From the NCBI GenBank assembly GCA_947624245.1, contig CANQJL010000004.1, positions 10,272 through 74,271 of the forward strand: DNA of 64,000 bases. The letters are read 5' to 3'. Made by a program: the position numbers and the translations under genes. Each line of letters begins with the position of its first letter. The first letter of the stretch is position 1. Below, piece by piece: positions 38,167 to 48,893 of this stretch. Source of the DNA: an uncultured Acetatifactor sp. (GTDB lineage Bacteria > Bacillota > Clostridia > Lachnospirales > Lachnospiraceae). Under the pieces are notes generated by a model. It made no database searches, was not told the origin of the DNA, and worked only from the letters and a program-made list of their open reading frames with translations.

Positions 38167-39258
38167 ATGCGGGACGCACAGAAGACGGATATCAAATCTC
38201 TGTCGCTTGAACAGCTTCAGAAAGAGATGACAGACATGGGGGAAAAGCCCTTTCGGGCAAAGCAGATCTATCGGTGGATGCATGTGCGGCTTGCCCGGAG
38301 CTTCGATGAGATGACCGATCTCTCCAGAGAGCTTCGGGAGAAATGCAAGGCGGCTTACTCCTACACCTGCCTAGAGCAGATCAGAATGCAGGAGTCTAAG
38401 CTGGACGGCACGAGAAAGTATCTTTTCCGGCTGTGTGACGGCAATCTGGTGGAGAGCGTGTGGATGAAGTACCGCCACGGCAACAGCGTCTGCATTTCCT
38501 CGCAGGTGGGGTGCCGTATGGGCTGCCGCTTCTGCGCCTCCACGCTGGACGGTCTGGAGCGCAATCTTACGCCCTCGGAGATGCTGGATCAGGTCTATGC
38601 CATACAACTGTCCACGGGCGAGCGGGTGTCCAACGTGGTCGTCATGGGGACAGGGGAACCGCTGGATAATTATGATAATCTGTTGATCTTTCTTAGAATG
38701 CTCACAGACGGAAACGGTCTCAACATCAGTCAGCGGAACGTGACCGTGTCCACCTGCGGTCTGGTGCCGAAGATGAGGGAGCTGGCGGAGCAACATCTGC
38801 AGATTACGCTGGCGCTGTCGCTCCACGCCACAACGGACGAAAAGCGCAGGGAGCTGATGCCCATCGCAAAGCAATACTCCATTCGGGAGCTGATGGAGGC
38901 GTGCAGATATTATTTTGAGCAGACCGGCAGGCGGATCACTTTTGAGTACAGTCTCGTGGGAGGCGTCAACGACACGAACCGCGACGCGGAGGAATTGTCC
39001 GCTCTGGCAGGCCCGCTGGGCTGTCACGTCAACCTTATCCCCGTGAATCCCATCAAAGAGCGGGATTACGTGCAGTCGGAAGGCGCCAGAATACGGGCTT
39101 TTCAAAATAAACTTGAAAAAAATAAAATAAATGGTACTATTAGAAGAGAAATGGGCAGGGACATTGACGGCGCCTGCGGACAACTCAGACGAAGGATCCT
39201 GGAGTCGTCCAAGGCCCCTGACGCCCTGCAGGACATTGGAGGAAGCAGCGCGTGGTAA
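38167..39258 (+). CDS. rlmN: Dual-specificity RNA methyltransferase
   Basis: SSQVGCRMGCRFC, MGTGEP, SLH, DIDGACGQL. Confidence 0.96.
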   Translation: MRDAQKTDIKSLSLEQLQKEMTDMGEKPFRAKQIYRWMHVRLARSFDEMTDLSRELREKCKAAYSYTCLEQIRMQESKLDGTRKYLFRLCDGNLVESVWMKYRHGNSVCISSQVGCRMGCRFCASTLDGLERNLTPSEMLDQVYAIQLSTGERVSNVVVMGTGEPLDNYDNLLIFLRMLTDGNGLNISQRNVTVSTCGLVPKMRELAEQHLQITLALSLHATTDEKRRELMPIAKQYSIRELMEACRYYFEQTGRRITFEYSLVGGVNDTNRDAEELSALAGPLGCHVNLIPVNPIKERDYVQSEGARIRAFQNKLEKNKINGTIRREMGRDIDGACGQLRRRILESSKAPDALQDIGGSSAW

Positions 39259-39983
39259 AGACGTTTTCCATTACCAATATCGGTATCAGGCGAAAACTGA
39301 ATCAGGATTTTGTGTATACCTCGGAACAGCCGGTGGGAAATCTGCCGAACCTCTTTATTGTGGCGGACGGCATGGGAGGCCACAATGCGGGGGATTATGC
39401 CTCAAAGGTCACGGTGGAGACCATGGTGGAAAAGATCGGTGCGTCCTCTGAGACGGAGAGTACCCGTATTCTGGAGGAGGCCATTCGGACGGCAAATGAG
39501 CTGATCAGGCGCCGGGCGAGCGAATCGGCGGATCTGGAGGGCATGGGTACCACGGTGGTGGCGGCCACCTTAGACGGCGACCGGCTTTGCGTGGCGAACG
39601 TGGGCGACAGCAGACTGTATGTGGCGAATCATAAGGAGATACGCCAGATCACCAAGGATCATTCCTGGGTGGAGGAGATGGTGCGCCGGGGCGGTCTGGG
39701 CAGAGAGGAAGCCAGAAATCACCCTGACAAGAACATTATCACCCGGGCGGTGGGCGCAGATGACGAGATTAAGGTGGATTTCTTCTCGGTACAGCTTAAG
39801 GAGGGCGATCTGATCCTCATGTGTACGGACGGCCTTACCAATATGCTGGAGGACGAGGAGATCCGAATGGTACTTGACGGGGCCAGAGATATGGTGGAAA
39901 AGGCCGAGGAGCTGGTGGCGGCCGCAAATGAGCGCGGCGGTCGGGACAATATCAGCGTGATATTGATCGATCCCTTATCCTAG
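39252..39983 (+). CDS. stp1: PP2C-type Ser/Thr phosphatase (Stp1)
   Basis: NQD, VADGMGGH, NVGDSR, CTDGL, GGRDN. Confidence 0.94.
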   Translation: MVKTFSITNIGIRRKLNQDFVYTSEQPVGNLPNLFIVADGMGGHNAGDYASKVTVETMVEKIGASSETESTRILEEAIRTANELIRRRASESADLEGMGTTVVAATLDGDRLCVANVGDSRLYVANHKEIRQITKDHSWVEEMVRRGGLGREEARNHPDKNIITRAVGADDEIKVDFFSVQLKEGDLILMCTDGLTNMLEDEEIRMVLDGARDMVEKAEELVAAANERGGRDNISVILIDPLS

Positions 39984-40003
39984 ATTCAGATTGGAGAATA
40001 TGT

Positions 40004-42121
40004 ATGATTAAGATTGGAATGATGATAAGCGATCGGTACGAGATATTGGAGAAGATCGGCACCGGCGGCATGTCAGATGTATATAAGGCAAAGGATCACA
40101 AGCTGAACCGCTTTGTGGCTGTGAAGGTTCTGAAGCAGGAATTCGGAGAGAACGCCAATTTTGTATCCAAATTCCGCATCGAGGCCCAGGCGGCGGCAGG
40201 TCTGATGCACCCCAATATCGTCAATGTGTACGATGTGGGCGAGGAGAATGACGTTCACTATATTGTCATGGAGCTGGTGGAAGGCATTACCCTCAAGAAA
40301 TACATCGAAAAGAAAGCGAGACTGTCCTATAAGGAGGCAGTCAGCATTGCCATACAGGTGAGCATGGGAATTGAGGCCGCTCACAACAATCATATCATTC
40401 ACAGAGATATCAAACCCCAGAATATCATTATTTCCAAGGACGGAAAGGTCAAGGTGACGGACTTCGGCATTGCCAAGGCTGCCACCAGCAATACTATTAC
40501 CTCCAACGTGATGGGATCCGTCCACTATACTTCACCGGAGCAGGCAAGGGGAGGCTACAGCGATGAAAAGAGCGACATCTATTCGCTGGGTATCACCATG
40601 TTTGAGATGCTCACGGGCCGTGTCCCCTTCAACGGAGAGACGACGGTAGCCATTGCCATCAAGCACATTCAGGAGGAGATGCCCTCCCCCGCGGAGTTCG
40701 TGCCGGAGATACCGAGCAGTGTGGAGAGCATCGTGTTAAAGTGCTGTCAGAAATCTCCCGACCGCAGATATCAGAATATACAGGAGCTGATCGCCGACCT
40801 GAAGCAGTCGCTGATCAATCCCGACGAAGATTTCGTGGTACAGAACGGGCCCGACGTGGACGGCGGCACGAGACTGATCTCCGACAGCGATATGGAACAG
40901 ATCAAGTGCAGGTCGGTATATCCGGAGTATGAGGAGCCGGAGCCCATGCGGCTGCTCTCCGACACGGAGGCAATGTACGAGGACGATCAGGGCTATTCCG
41001 ACGAGGAAGAGGATTACGATTACAACCCCAAGATGGAGCGTGTGACTACGCTGTTAGCGGTGGCGGGAGGTATTGTGATCTGTGTGATCGTGATTATCCT
41101 GGCGGTGACAGTATTCGGGAGAGGGGGAACGGACGGAGATCCTTCCGGTCCTATTGTGCCGGAGGACACTGCGGCTCCCGAGTATGTAGCGATGCCGAGC
41201 GTCATCGGCAAGACCATGGAGGACGCCAGAAATGCGTTGGCGGCTGTGGGCCTGAAATCGGAGCCCCGATATGAGGAGTCCGACGACACGGAAGTGGGAA
41301 TTGTCATGCGCGCCGACTATGAGACGGGAGAGGACGTAGAGGTAGGCACGACTGTGGTGCTGGTTGCCAGCGCGGGCGCTCACGGGGTGGAGGTTCCCCA
41401 GGTGACGGATCGTACCTACGAGGAGGCGGAGCGGATTCTGAAGGATCTCGGTTTTGCGGTGACAAAGATGGAGGGGTATTCTGACACGGTGGAGGCCGGG
41501 TATGTGGTATCCCAGACGCCCGCGGCTTCCAGCAAGGTGCCCAGCGGCACAAATATCACCCTTACCGTCAGCCTGGGCAAACAGGAGACCAAGGTTCCTG
41601 TTCCGAATCTGATCAATAAGACGGAGGAGGACGGCACCATAGAGCTCATAGAGCTGGGACTGCAGGTGCAGGTGACGGCAAGAGAATACAATTCCGAATA
41701 TGCGGAAGGGACCATCTTTTACCAGAGCTATTCCTTCGGCTCCTACGTGGATCCCGGCACCGTTGTGGAGATCAAGGTGAGTCAGGGACCGAATCCCGCG
41801 GCGGCCGTCGTTACGTACCGTTACTCCGGCAGCATTGCGGCTCCTTCTGCAGAGGAGGCTCCCGACTACAAGGCGGGCACCGATGTGACCATTAAGATCG
41901 TGACGGATGACGGTCAGCAGCTGCGGGAGTGGACGACGAATGTATTTCCTTCCTCGGTGAACTTCAGCGGGATCAAATCCGCCGGCGGAACGCTCACCAT
42001 GACTTATACGGTGACAAAGCCGGGAGAGACGACTGAAGTGTCGGGCGGAAGCACTGTGACGGGCGCGCCCACCACGGAGACGAAATCTTTCACCAGAAGA
42101 ATCGAATTTGAAAAGGAATAG
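40004..42121 (+). CDS. pknB: PASTA-domain Ser/Thr kinase (PknB/Stk1)
   Basis: GTGGMS, VAVK, HRDIKPQN, DFG, TM helix, three PASTA repeats. Confidence 0.96.
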   Translation: MIKIGMMISDRYEILEKIGTGGMSDVYKAKDHKLNRFVAVKVLKQEFGENANFVSKFRIEAQAAAGLMHPNIVNVYDVGEENDVHYIVMELVEGITLKKYIEKKARLSYKEAVSIAIQVSMGIEAAHNNHIIHRDIKPQNIIISKDGKVKVTDFGIAKAATSNTITSNVMGSVHYTSPEQARGGYSDEKSDIYSLGITMFEMLTGRVPFNGETTVAIAIKHIQEEMPSPAEFVPEIPSSVESIVLKCCQKSPDRRYQNIQELIADLKQSLINPDEDFVVQNGPDVDGGTRLISDSDMEQIKCRSVYPEYEEPEPMRLLSDTEAMYEDDQGYSDEEEDYDYNPKMERVTTLLAVAGGIVICVIVIILAVTVFGRGGTDGDPSGPIVPEDTAAPEYVAMPSVIGKTMEDARNALAAVGLKSEPRYEESDDTEVGIVMRADYETGEDVEVGTTVVLVASAGAHGVEVPQVTDRTYEEAERILKDLGFAVTKMEGYSDTVEAGYVVSQTPAASSKVPSGTNITLTVSLGKQETKVPVPNLINKTEEDGTIELIELGLQVQVTAREYNSEYAEGTIFYQSYSFGSYVDPGTVVEIKVSQGPNPAAAVVTYRYSGSIAAPSAEEAPDYKAGTDVTIKIVTDDGQQLREWTTNVFPSSVNFSGIKSAGGTLTMTYTVTKPGETTEVSGGSTVTGAPTTETKSFTRRIEFEKE

Positions 42122-42139
42122 TGCCGGCGAGTAGAGAAC

Positions 42140-43066
42140 ATGCGTGGAAAGATAATCAAAGGAATAGCGGGATTCTATTATGTCCATTCCGCCGGAAACG
42201 GACAGGGATCCGGAGGGGCTTTCGCCCGTATATACGAATGCAAGGCAAAGGGCATTTTCCGCAGGGACAACAGAAAGCCTCTTGTGGGAGACGATGTCGA
42301 GATGGATGTGCTGGACGAGGAGCAGGGTCTGGGAAATATCACTAAGCTTCTGCCGAGGCGCAGCGAGCTGATCCGTCCCGCCGTGGCAAATGTGGATCAG
42401 GCGCTGGTGATCTTTTCCATCGTAAGCCCGAAGCCGAACTTTAATCTGTTGGACCGCTTTCTGATCATGATGCAGCGCCGGAGCATACCCTGTATCATCT
42501 GTTTCAACAAGCAGGATATCGATGCGGCGGGAGAGGGCGCATGTTTCAGGGAAATCTACGAGAACTGCGGCTATAAAACGCTGACTGTCAGCGCCGGAAG
42601 GCGGCAGGGCATCGACGAGCTGAAAGATCTGCTGGCGGGCAGGACCACCACGGTGGCGGGCCCCAGCGGCGTGGGAAAATCCACGATCGTCAACTGTCTG
42701 CAGTCAGGCACGCACATGGCGACGGGGGCGATCAGCGAGAAGATACAGCGGGGAAGGCATACCACCCGACATACGGAGCTGATTGCAGTAGGCGAGGATA
42801 CGTATATTCTGGATACGCCGGGGTTCAGTTCCCTGGGGCTGTTCGACTTGGAGAAGGAGCAGCTTTCGCAGTGCTATCCGGAATTTGCACCGTATGAAAA
42901 ATACTGTAAATTCGCCGGCTGCGCCCATATCGCAGAGCCGGTCTGCGGCGTGAGGGACGCTGTGGAGGGCGGCATCATCAGCAGACTTCGGTATGACAAT
43001 TATTGTCAGATATACGGGGAGTTAAAGGAAGCGAGAAAAAAGGGCGGAAGAACGGGCGCTTTGTAA
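42140..43066 (+). CDS. rsgA: Ribosome small subunit-dependent GTPase A
   Basis: NKQD, GPSGVGKST, GRHTT, DTPG, CKFAGCAH..EPVC. Confidence 0.96.
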   Translation: MRGKIIKGIAGFYYVHSAGNGQGSGGAFARIYECKAKGIFRRDNRKPLVGDDVEMDVLDEEQGLGNITKLLPRRSELIRPAVANVDQALVIFSIVSPKPNFNLLDRFLIMMQRRSIPCIICFNKQDIDAAGEGACFREIYENCGYKTLTVSAGRRQGIDELKDLLAGRTTTVAGPSGVGKSTIVNCLQSGTHMATGAISEKIQRGRHTTRHTELIAVGEDTYILDTPGFSSLGLFDLEKEQLSQCYPEFAPYEKYCKFAGCAHIAEPVCGVRDAVEGGIISRLRYDNYCQIYGELKEARKKGGRTGAL

Positions 43067-43096
43067 GGCGCAAATGCGGCACATGGAGGTACAGGT

Positions 43097-44413
43097 TTGA
43101 ACATTATTTTACTGTCGGGCGGGTCCGGCAAGCGTCTTTGGCCTTTGTCCAATGATATCCGCTCCAAGCAGTTCATTAAGATCTTTAAACGGGAAGACGG
43201 CAGCTATGAATCCATGCTGCAGCGTGTCTACCGGCAGATAAAGAAGGCGGATCCGGACGCGACCGTGACGATCGCTACCGGCAAGACGCAGGTTTCCGCC
43301 ATTCACAATCAGTTGGGCGACGAGGTCGGCATATCGGTGGAGCCCTGCCGCAGGGATACCTTTCCGGCCATCGCCCTTGCGACGGCGTATCTTGCAGACG
43401 TGCAGCACATTGCTCCCGATGAGACGGTAGTGGTCTGTCCTGTGGACCCGTATGTGGAGGACGACTATTTTGAGGCGCTGAAGGGATTGGCCATGCAGGC
43501 AAAGAAGGGGGAGGCCAATCTTGTCCTGATGGGAATCGAGCCCACTTATCCCAGTGAAAAATACGGTTACATTATCCCCGAAAATGCAGAGCATACCACG
43601 TTCGTCAGGACGTTTCGGGAGAAGCCTTCCGCAGAAACGGCCGGGCAGTACATCGCACAGGGGGCTCTGTGGAACGGCGGGGTGTTCGCCTATAAGCTGA
43701 AATATGTGCTGGAGGCCGCACATCGGCTCATTGACTTTACCGATTACTACGACCTTTTTTCCAAGTATGCTTCTCTGACGAAGATATCCTTCGATTATGC
43801 CGTAGTCGAGAAAGAGGACAAGATTCAGGTGCAGCGGTTCGCGGGACAGTGGAAGGACCTCGGCACCTGGAATACCCTGACCGAAGCGATGGAAGAGGCG
43901 GTCGTGGGAAAGGGGACGCTGAATGATACCTGCACCGGCGTCCATGTGATCAATGAAATGGACGTCCCCATTCTGGCAATGGGGCTGCATGACGTCGTGA
44001 TTTCGGCGTCGCCGGAGGGAATCCTGGTATCTGATAAGGAGCAGAGCAGCTATATCAAGCCCTTTGTGGACAGGTTCGAGCAGCAGGTCATGTTTGCCGA
44101 GAAGAGCTGGGGCAGCTTTAAGGTCATTGATGTGGAAAAGGAATCCATGACGATCAAGGTGACGTTGAACGCCGGTCACAGCATGAATTACCACAGCCAC
44201 CGGAACAGGGACGAGGTCTGGGTAGTGATCTCCGGCGAAGGCAGGACTGTGGTGGACGGTATGGTACAAAAGGTCAGTGCAGGCGACGTGATCACGATGT
44301 CTGCAGGCTGCCGCCATACGATCATGGCGGAGAAGGAACTGAAGCTCGTGGAGGTCCAGCTCGGAAAGGACATTGACGTTCAGGATAAACAGAAGTATGA
44401 ATTGGAGTATTAG
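43097..44413 (+). CDS. manC: Mannose-1-phosphate guanylyltransferase with C-terminal cupin
   Basis: LLSGGSGKRLWPLS, SFDYAVVEK, WKDLGTW, HSHRNRDEVW; TTG start after GGAGG. Confidence 0.88.
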   Translation: MNIILLSGGSGKRLWPLSNDIRSKQFIKIFKREDGSYESMLQRVYRQIKKADPDATVTIATGKTQVSAIHNQLGDEVGISVEPCRRDTFPAIALATAYLADVQHIAPDETVVVCPVDPYVEDDYFEALKGLAMQAKKGEANLVLMGIEPTYPSEKYGYIIPENAEHTTFVRTFREKPSAETAGQYIAQGALWNGGVFAYKLKYVLEAAHRLIDFTDYYDLFSKYASLTKISFDYAVVEKEDKIQVQRFAGQWKDLGTWNTLTEAMEEAVVGKGTLNDTCTGVHVINEMDVPILAMGLHDVVISASPEGILVSDKEQSSYIKPFVDRFEQQVMFAEKSWGSFKVIDVEKESMTIKVTLNAGHSMNYHSHRNRDEVWVVISGEGRTVVDGMVQKVSAGDVITMSAGCRHTIMAEKELKLVEVQLGKDIDVQDKQKYELEY

Positions 44414-44415
44414 AA

Positions 44416-45411
44416 ATGCTTGCATCTGACAGGCCGAACAGACCGCTTCTGCTCAGACCCAGCGGGAAAGACTACCTTTGGGGCGGCAGAAGGCTCAACG
44501 ACGAATTTGACAAAAAGATCGACATGGTCCCGCTGGCGGAGACATGGGAGTGCAGCACCCATTCCGACGGGCCCAGTTATGTTGTCGGAGGAGAGTTTGA
44601 CGGCGAGGAGCTGGCACAGGTCATCAGGCAATATCCGGAATATCTGGGTGAGCGGCACGCAGGTGAGGATACGCTCCCCATTCTGATCAAATTCATTGAC
44701 GCAAAAAGCGATCTGTCGATACAGGTGCATCCCACAGATGAGTATGCAAAAGAACATGAGAACGGACAGCTTGGCAAGAGCGAGATGTGGTATGTTCTGG
44801 ACGCGGCAAAAGACGCGAGCCTGATCTACGGCCTGAATCAAAGCTGTACAGGGGAAGAGCTGCGCCGGGCGATCGAGGAGGGCACGGTGGAGAGAATGCT
44901 TCGGAGGATTCCTGTTCACAAGGACGATCTGTTTTATGTCAGGGCGGGGACGATCCATGCCATCGGTGCGGGAGTCCTGGTTGCTGAGATTCAGGAAAGC
45001 TCCAATCTGACCTACCGTCTGTATGATTATGACCGTGTGGGAAAGGACGGGGCAAAGCGGCCGCTGCATATCGAAAAGGCGCTGGAAGCTGCCGACCTAA
45101 GCGGCAGCCAGGAGCCCAGACAGCCCTTGCGGGTGCTGAAATATCGACAGGGCGCTGCCTCCGAACTGTTATCCCGCTGTAAGTACTTTGAAGTCTATCG
45201 AATGCTGGTCAACACGGAGCGGCGTCAGCAGGTCCGCTATCGGGCCGACAAGGTGTCGTTCAGAGTGCTGCTGTGCGTGAACGGCTGCGGAACGATTACT
45301 TATGACGGCGGAATGATTCCGTTCTGCAAAGGGGACTGTATCTTTGTCCCTGCGGATTCCGTCGAGCTGACGATCCATGCACAGGCGCAGTTTTTAGACA
45401 TCAGAGGATAG
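44416..45411 (+). CDS. manA: Mannose-6-phosphate isomerase, class I
   Basis: YLWGG, LIKFIDA..DLSIQVHP, GKSEMWY, GTIHA, EIQESSNLTYRLYDY. Confidence 0.9.
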   Translation: MLASDRPNRPLLLRPSGKDYLWGGRRLNDEFDKKIDMVPLAETWECSTHSDGPSYVVGGEFDGEELAQVIRQYPEYLGERHAGEDTLPILIKFIDAKSDLSIQVHPTDEYAKEHENGQLGKSEMWYVLDAAKDASLIYGLNQSCTGEELRRAIEEGTVERMLRRIPVHKDDLFYVRAGTIHAIGAGVLVAEIQESSNLTYRLYDYDRVGKDGAKRPLHIEKALEAADLSGSQEPRQPLRVLKYRQGAASELLSRCKYFEVYRMLVNTERRQQVRYRADKVSFRVLLCVNGCGTITYDGGMIPFCKGDCIFVPADSVELTIHAQAQFLDIRG

Positions 45412-45415
45412 GACG

Positions 45416-48400
45416 TCAGGAATTTTCCTGAAACAGCTCCTGCAGAAGCGCCATCATCTTATCCAGCTCGATGGGCTTCGCCAGATGCCCGTTCATACCC
45501 GCGGCCAGAGCATGTTCCCGATCCTCCTCAAAGGCGTTGGCGGTCATGGCGATAATGGGTATGTCTGCCAGAGCGGGATCCTTTATTCCGCGAATCAGGC
45601 GGGTGGCCTCATAGCCGTCCATAATGGGCATCTGAATGTCCATCAGGATCAGATCGTAGTACCCCGGCATAGACCCGCTGAGCATGTCGAAGGTCTGCTG
45701 ACCGTTCTCGGCACATTCTACCAGAAAACCGGCTTCTTTCAGAATTTCGGCGGCAATTTCCCGATTGAGTTCATTGTCCTCGGCCAGAAGAATACGCTTG
45801 CCCGTAAAATTATTTTTATGGGGAATCGTGTTCTTTTTGATTTCCTCCGTCTCGTCGGCGCGTCCCAGACTGTGCTCCAGAGTATGATGAAGGTCGGAGG
45901 CGAAGAGAGGCTTGCTGATGAAACCGGTGACGCCTGCCTTGCGCGCTTCCGGTTCGATATCCGACCAATCGTAGGCGGACATAAGGATAATGGGGGAGTC
46001 GTCTCCCACGATCTTGCGGATCTCCCGAACGGTCTCTATCCCGCTCAGTTCGGGCATGGACCAGTCTACGATGTAGACCTCGAAGGGGTCGGTAAGGTCC
46101 ACCGCTTCCGTGGCGCGCGCGATAGCTTCTCTGCCGGACAGGGCCCACTCCGCCCGCATTCCGATCTGACGGAGCATTTTGGATACGCTCTGACAGCAGA
46201 TGATGTCATCGTCTACCACAAGTCCCCGGAATCCCGACAGTTCTGCTATGGGATTCATCTCCTGATGTGCGGCGGAAAAGCGCAGTTCAAGATCCACGGT
46301 AAAGGTAGTGCCGCTGCCCTGTTCGCTTTCCACGCTGATGGTGCCGCCCATCATGTCCACAATGTTCTTCGTAATCGCCATACCGAGACCGGTTCCCTGA
46401 ATCCCGCTGACAGTGGAGGTCTGTTCCCTCGTGAAGGGGTCGAAGACCGTCTTGGCAAATTCGGGGCTCATGCCGATTCCGTTATCGCTGACCCGAAATT
46501 CATAGAGACCGCGGTTCTTGGACGGGGAGGATTTCTGTGTCACGCGAATGGCTATGGTGCCGCCGGCATGGGTAAATTTAATGGCATTGGAGGTCAGGTT
46601 CAGCAGGACCTGATTCAGCCGCAGCTTGTCGCAATAGATATTCTCGTCCGTCACATCTACGGTATCGATGTACAGCTCCTGGTTCTTGGCGTGGATATCC
46701 GATTGTATGATGTTCCGCAGATTCTGCAGGATATCCGCAAGATTTTCCGGCCGTTCGTTGATGGTGATCTTGCCGGATTCGATGCGGCTCATGTCCAGCA
46801 CATCGTTGATGAGGGAAAGCAGGTGATCCGATGCCTGCGCTATCTTGGACAGATAGTCCTGCGCCCGCTCCCTGTTGTCCAGATGGGCGGCGGTCAGGGC
46901 GGTGTAACCGATGATGGCGTTCATGGGCGTGCGGATATCGTGCGACATATTGTTCAGGAAGGTAGTCTTCGCCCGGTTGGCAGAATCCGCAGCCTCGAGG
47001 GCATGGGTCAGCTCCTGCGTCTTTTTCTCCAATTCGCCGGTGGCCAGAGCCACCTTCTCCGTCAACCGCCGCTGGTTGCGCGTCCGGACTGCCAGCATGG
47101 CCATGGTAAAGAGGAACAGGAGGAAAAAGAAGACTATGAGTACACTGTAGATCGGATTCTTGTATAGAAAAGCCATCAGACTGACGTTCTGCTGTCCTCC
47201 GGCATCTACTTCCCGGGAAATGACGGCGTCCAGCTCCGCGTCGGTAAAGCTGTCGGCTCCCTTGTCCAGAATAGAGAGCAGAAAACGGCCGCCCGGAACG
47301 TTTTTGCCGACTGCGTAGGACAGAGAGGTCTCTCCGAAGACAACGGCCGACAGCCGGTTACGGACGTCTTGCCGGACATAGCTTTCAGCAGTGTAGGAGT
47401 AGAGAATGGAGGCATCGGCCTCGCCGTCGAGCACCGCCTGGACGCAGTCCGGCGTGGAGGGGTACAGGATTATGGCATCTTCCGGGTAACGTTTGTCGAT
47501 CAGACTGTGAATACCGTCCGCGCGCTCCATTTCGGCCAGCCGTGTCGGCGTTCCGGTAAAGCCGTCCAGGGTCAGACGGGCAAAATTTGTCTGAAAATAG
47601 GGAACGGTGATCTTATAGCCCTCCTCCTCTGCCAGATAGTAGTCTCCGGCGAAATCCAACACGACATCTGCCGCACCCTCCGCTCGGAGGGCGTAGTATT
47701 CATTCCTGTCCTTCACGGGAACATATTCATAGTTCAGTCCCAGACGCTTTGCCAGAATGTCAAAGAGCGAGGGAAGGATTCCCTGAGCCTGACCGTCTCG
47801 AAAATAGCAGTAGGGAATCCGGTCGGGATTGATCAGGAGCCGCAGGGGGACGCCCGATTCGCGGCGCTCCTCCAGAAAGGCGCGCTCGTCGGCGTTCAGA
47901 ATAATGGAGCCGCTCTGATCTGTGGAATAATATGTCTCATGGAGGGAATTTCTCCAGTTGGGGTCGTGCAGATCCATTTCATTGATGGCGGCGTTGATCC
48001 GATCCATCAGTGCTGTATCGTCCTTTCGGGTACAGATGTAGAAAGGGCTGGTATCGAAGGATTCCAACAGCCACTCGTTCTCCAGAAGACGCAGGCTTCC
48101 GGTGACGGCGGCATCTATCCGGCCCTCCTGCAGAGCTGTGGTAAGCTCGTCCTGATCGGCAAAATATACCGGTTGAAAGGTGAAGGAGTGTTCCTGCGCA
48201 AAACGCTCGAAATTGGCATTTTTCGAGTTGTCCTTCAGCATACCCACGGTAATGCCGTCATAGGTGGCGTAATCTCCCTCCACGATAGCCTGGTTCCCGG
48301 CTTTTACGGTAAATATCGTGGAGTTGACGCCGATGTCCTGGTCGGAGAAAAGAAATTCCGCCTCCCGCTCGGGAGTCTTGGAGACGGAGGTGACAATGTC

Positions 48401-48685
48401 CACTTCGCCGTTGCGGAGCATATCAAGCGCCTCGGCATAGGAAGCCTCGTAGCCCACATACTCGTAAGACCAGCCGGCGTGAATGGCCAGACGCTGCAGA
48501 AATTCGTAGCCGTAGCCGCCTCGGCGGCCGTCTTCATCTACTGTGTGATAGCCGGAAAAAGCAAAGAATCCGACCCGAACAGTCTCCGAAGGCTCCTTCG
48601 CCAAGTCCGCCGCATACGAGGTGAAGCACGACGACACGGACAGCAGCACGGCAAGCGCAAAGCATAGCGGGCGTATCTTTTTCAT
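45416..48685 (-). CDS. Hybrid sensor histidine kinase with two substrate-binding (PBP) domains and two REC domains
   Basis: Signal peptide, two PBP-like domains, TM helix, [15 protein letters not shown], two receiver domains. Confidence 0.92.
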   Translation of the reverse strand: MKKIRPLCFALAVLLSVSSCFTSYAADLAKEPSETVRVGFFAFSGYHTVDEDGRRGGYGYEFLQRLAIHAGWSYEYVGYEASYAEALDMLRNGEVDIVTSVSKTPEREAEFLFSDQDIGVNSTIFTVKAGNQAIVEGDYATYDGITVGMLKDNSKNANFERFAQEHSFTFQPVYFADQDELTTALQEGRIDAAVTGSLRLLENEWLLESFDTSPFYICTRKDDTALMDRINAAINEMDLHDPNWRNSLHETYYSTDQSGSIILNADERAFLEERRESGVPLRLLINPDRIPYCYFRDGQAQGILPSLFDILAKRLGLNYEYVPVKDRNEYYALRAEGAADVVLDFAGDYYLAEEEGYKITVPYFQTNFARLTLDGFTGTPTRLAEMERADGIHSLIDKRYPEDAIILYPSTPDCVQAVLDGEADASILYSYTAESYVRQDVRNRLSAVVFGETSLSYAVGKNVPGGRFLLSILDKGADSFTDAELDAVISREVDAGGQQNVSLMAFLYKNPIYSVLIVFFFLLFLFTMAMLAVRTRNQRRLTEKVALATGELEKKTQELTHALEAADSANRAKTTFLNNMSHDIRTPMNAIIGYTALTAAHLDNRERAQDYLSKIAQASDHLLSLINDVLDMSRIESGKITINERPENLADILQNLRNIIQSDIHAKNQELYIDTVDVTDENIYCDKLRLNQVLLNLTSNAIKFTHAGGTIAIRVTQKSSPSKNRGLYEFRVSDNGIGMSPEFAKTVFDPFTREQTSTVSGIQGTGLGMAITKNIVDMMGGTISVESEQGSGTTFTVDLELRFSAAHQEMNPIAELSGFRGLVVDDDIICCQSVSKMLRQIGMRAEWALSGREAIARATEAVDLTDPFEVYIVDWSMPELSGIETVREIRKIVGDDSPIILMSAYDWSDIEPEARKAGVTGFISKPLFASDLHHTLEHSLGRADETEEIKKNTIPHKNNFTGKRILLAEDNELNREIAAEILKEAGFLVECAENGQQTFDMLSGSMPGYYDLILMDIQMPIMDGYEATRLIRGIKDPALADIPIIAMTANAFEEDREHALAAGMNGHLAKPIELDKMMALLQELFQENS

Positions 48686-48893
48686 GGAATGATTCCTCCC
48701 CTGTATTTATCAACGAGGCATCGAGACATGCTCGTTCTTACACGCAATTTGTAAACCATAGTTCATTATACCCAGAAAGCTGCCCGAATTCAAGATGCAT
48801 ATGGCAGGCCGTCAAAATCTGTTGAAAAAAGAGGGCTGACAACATATAATATTTTATTATTGCTGAAAAATTTGAGGAGGGAACAAACGCAGG

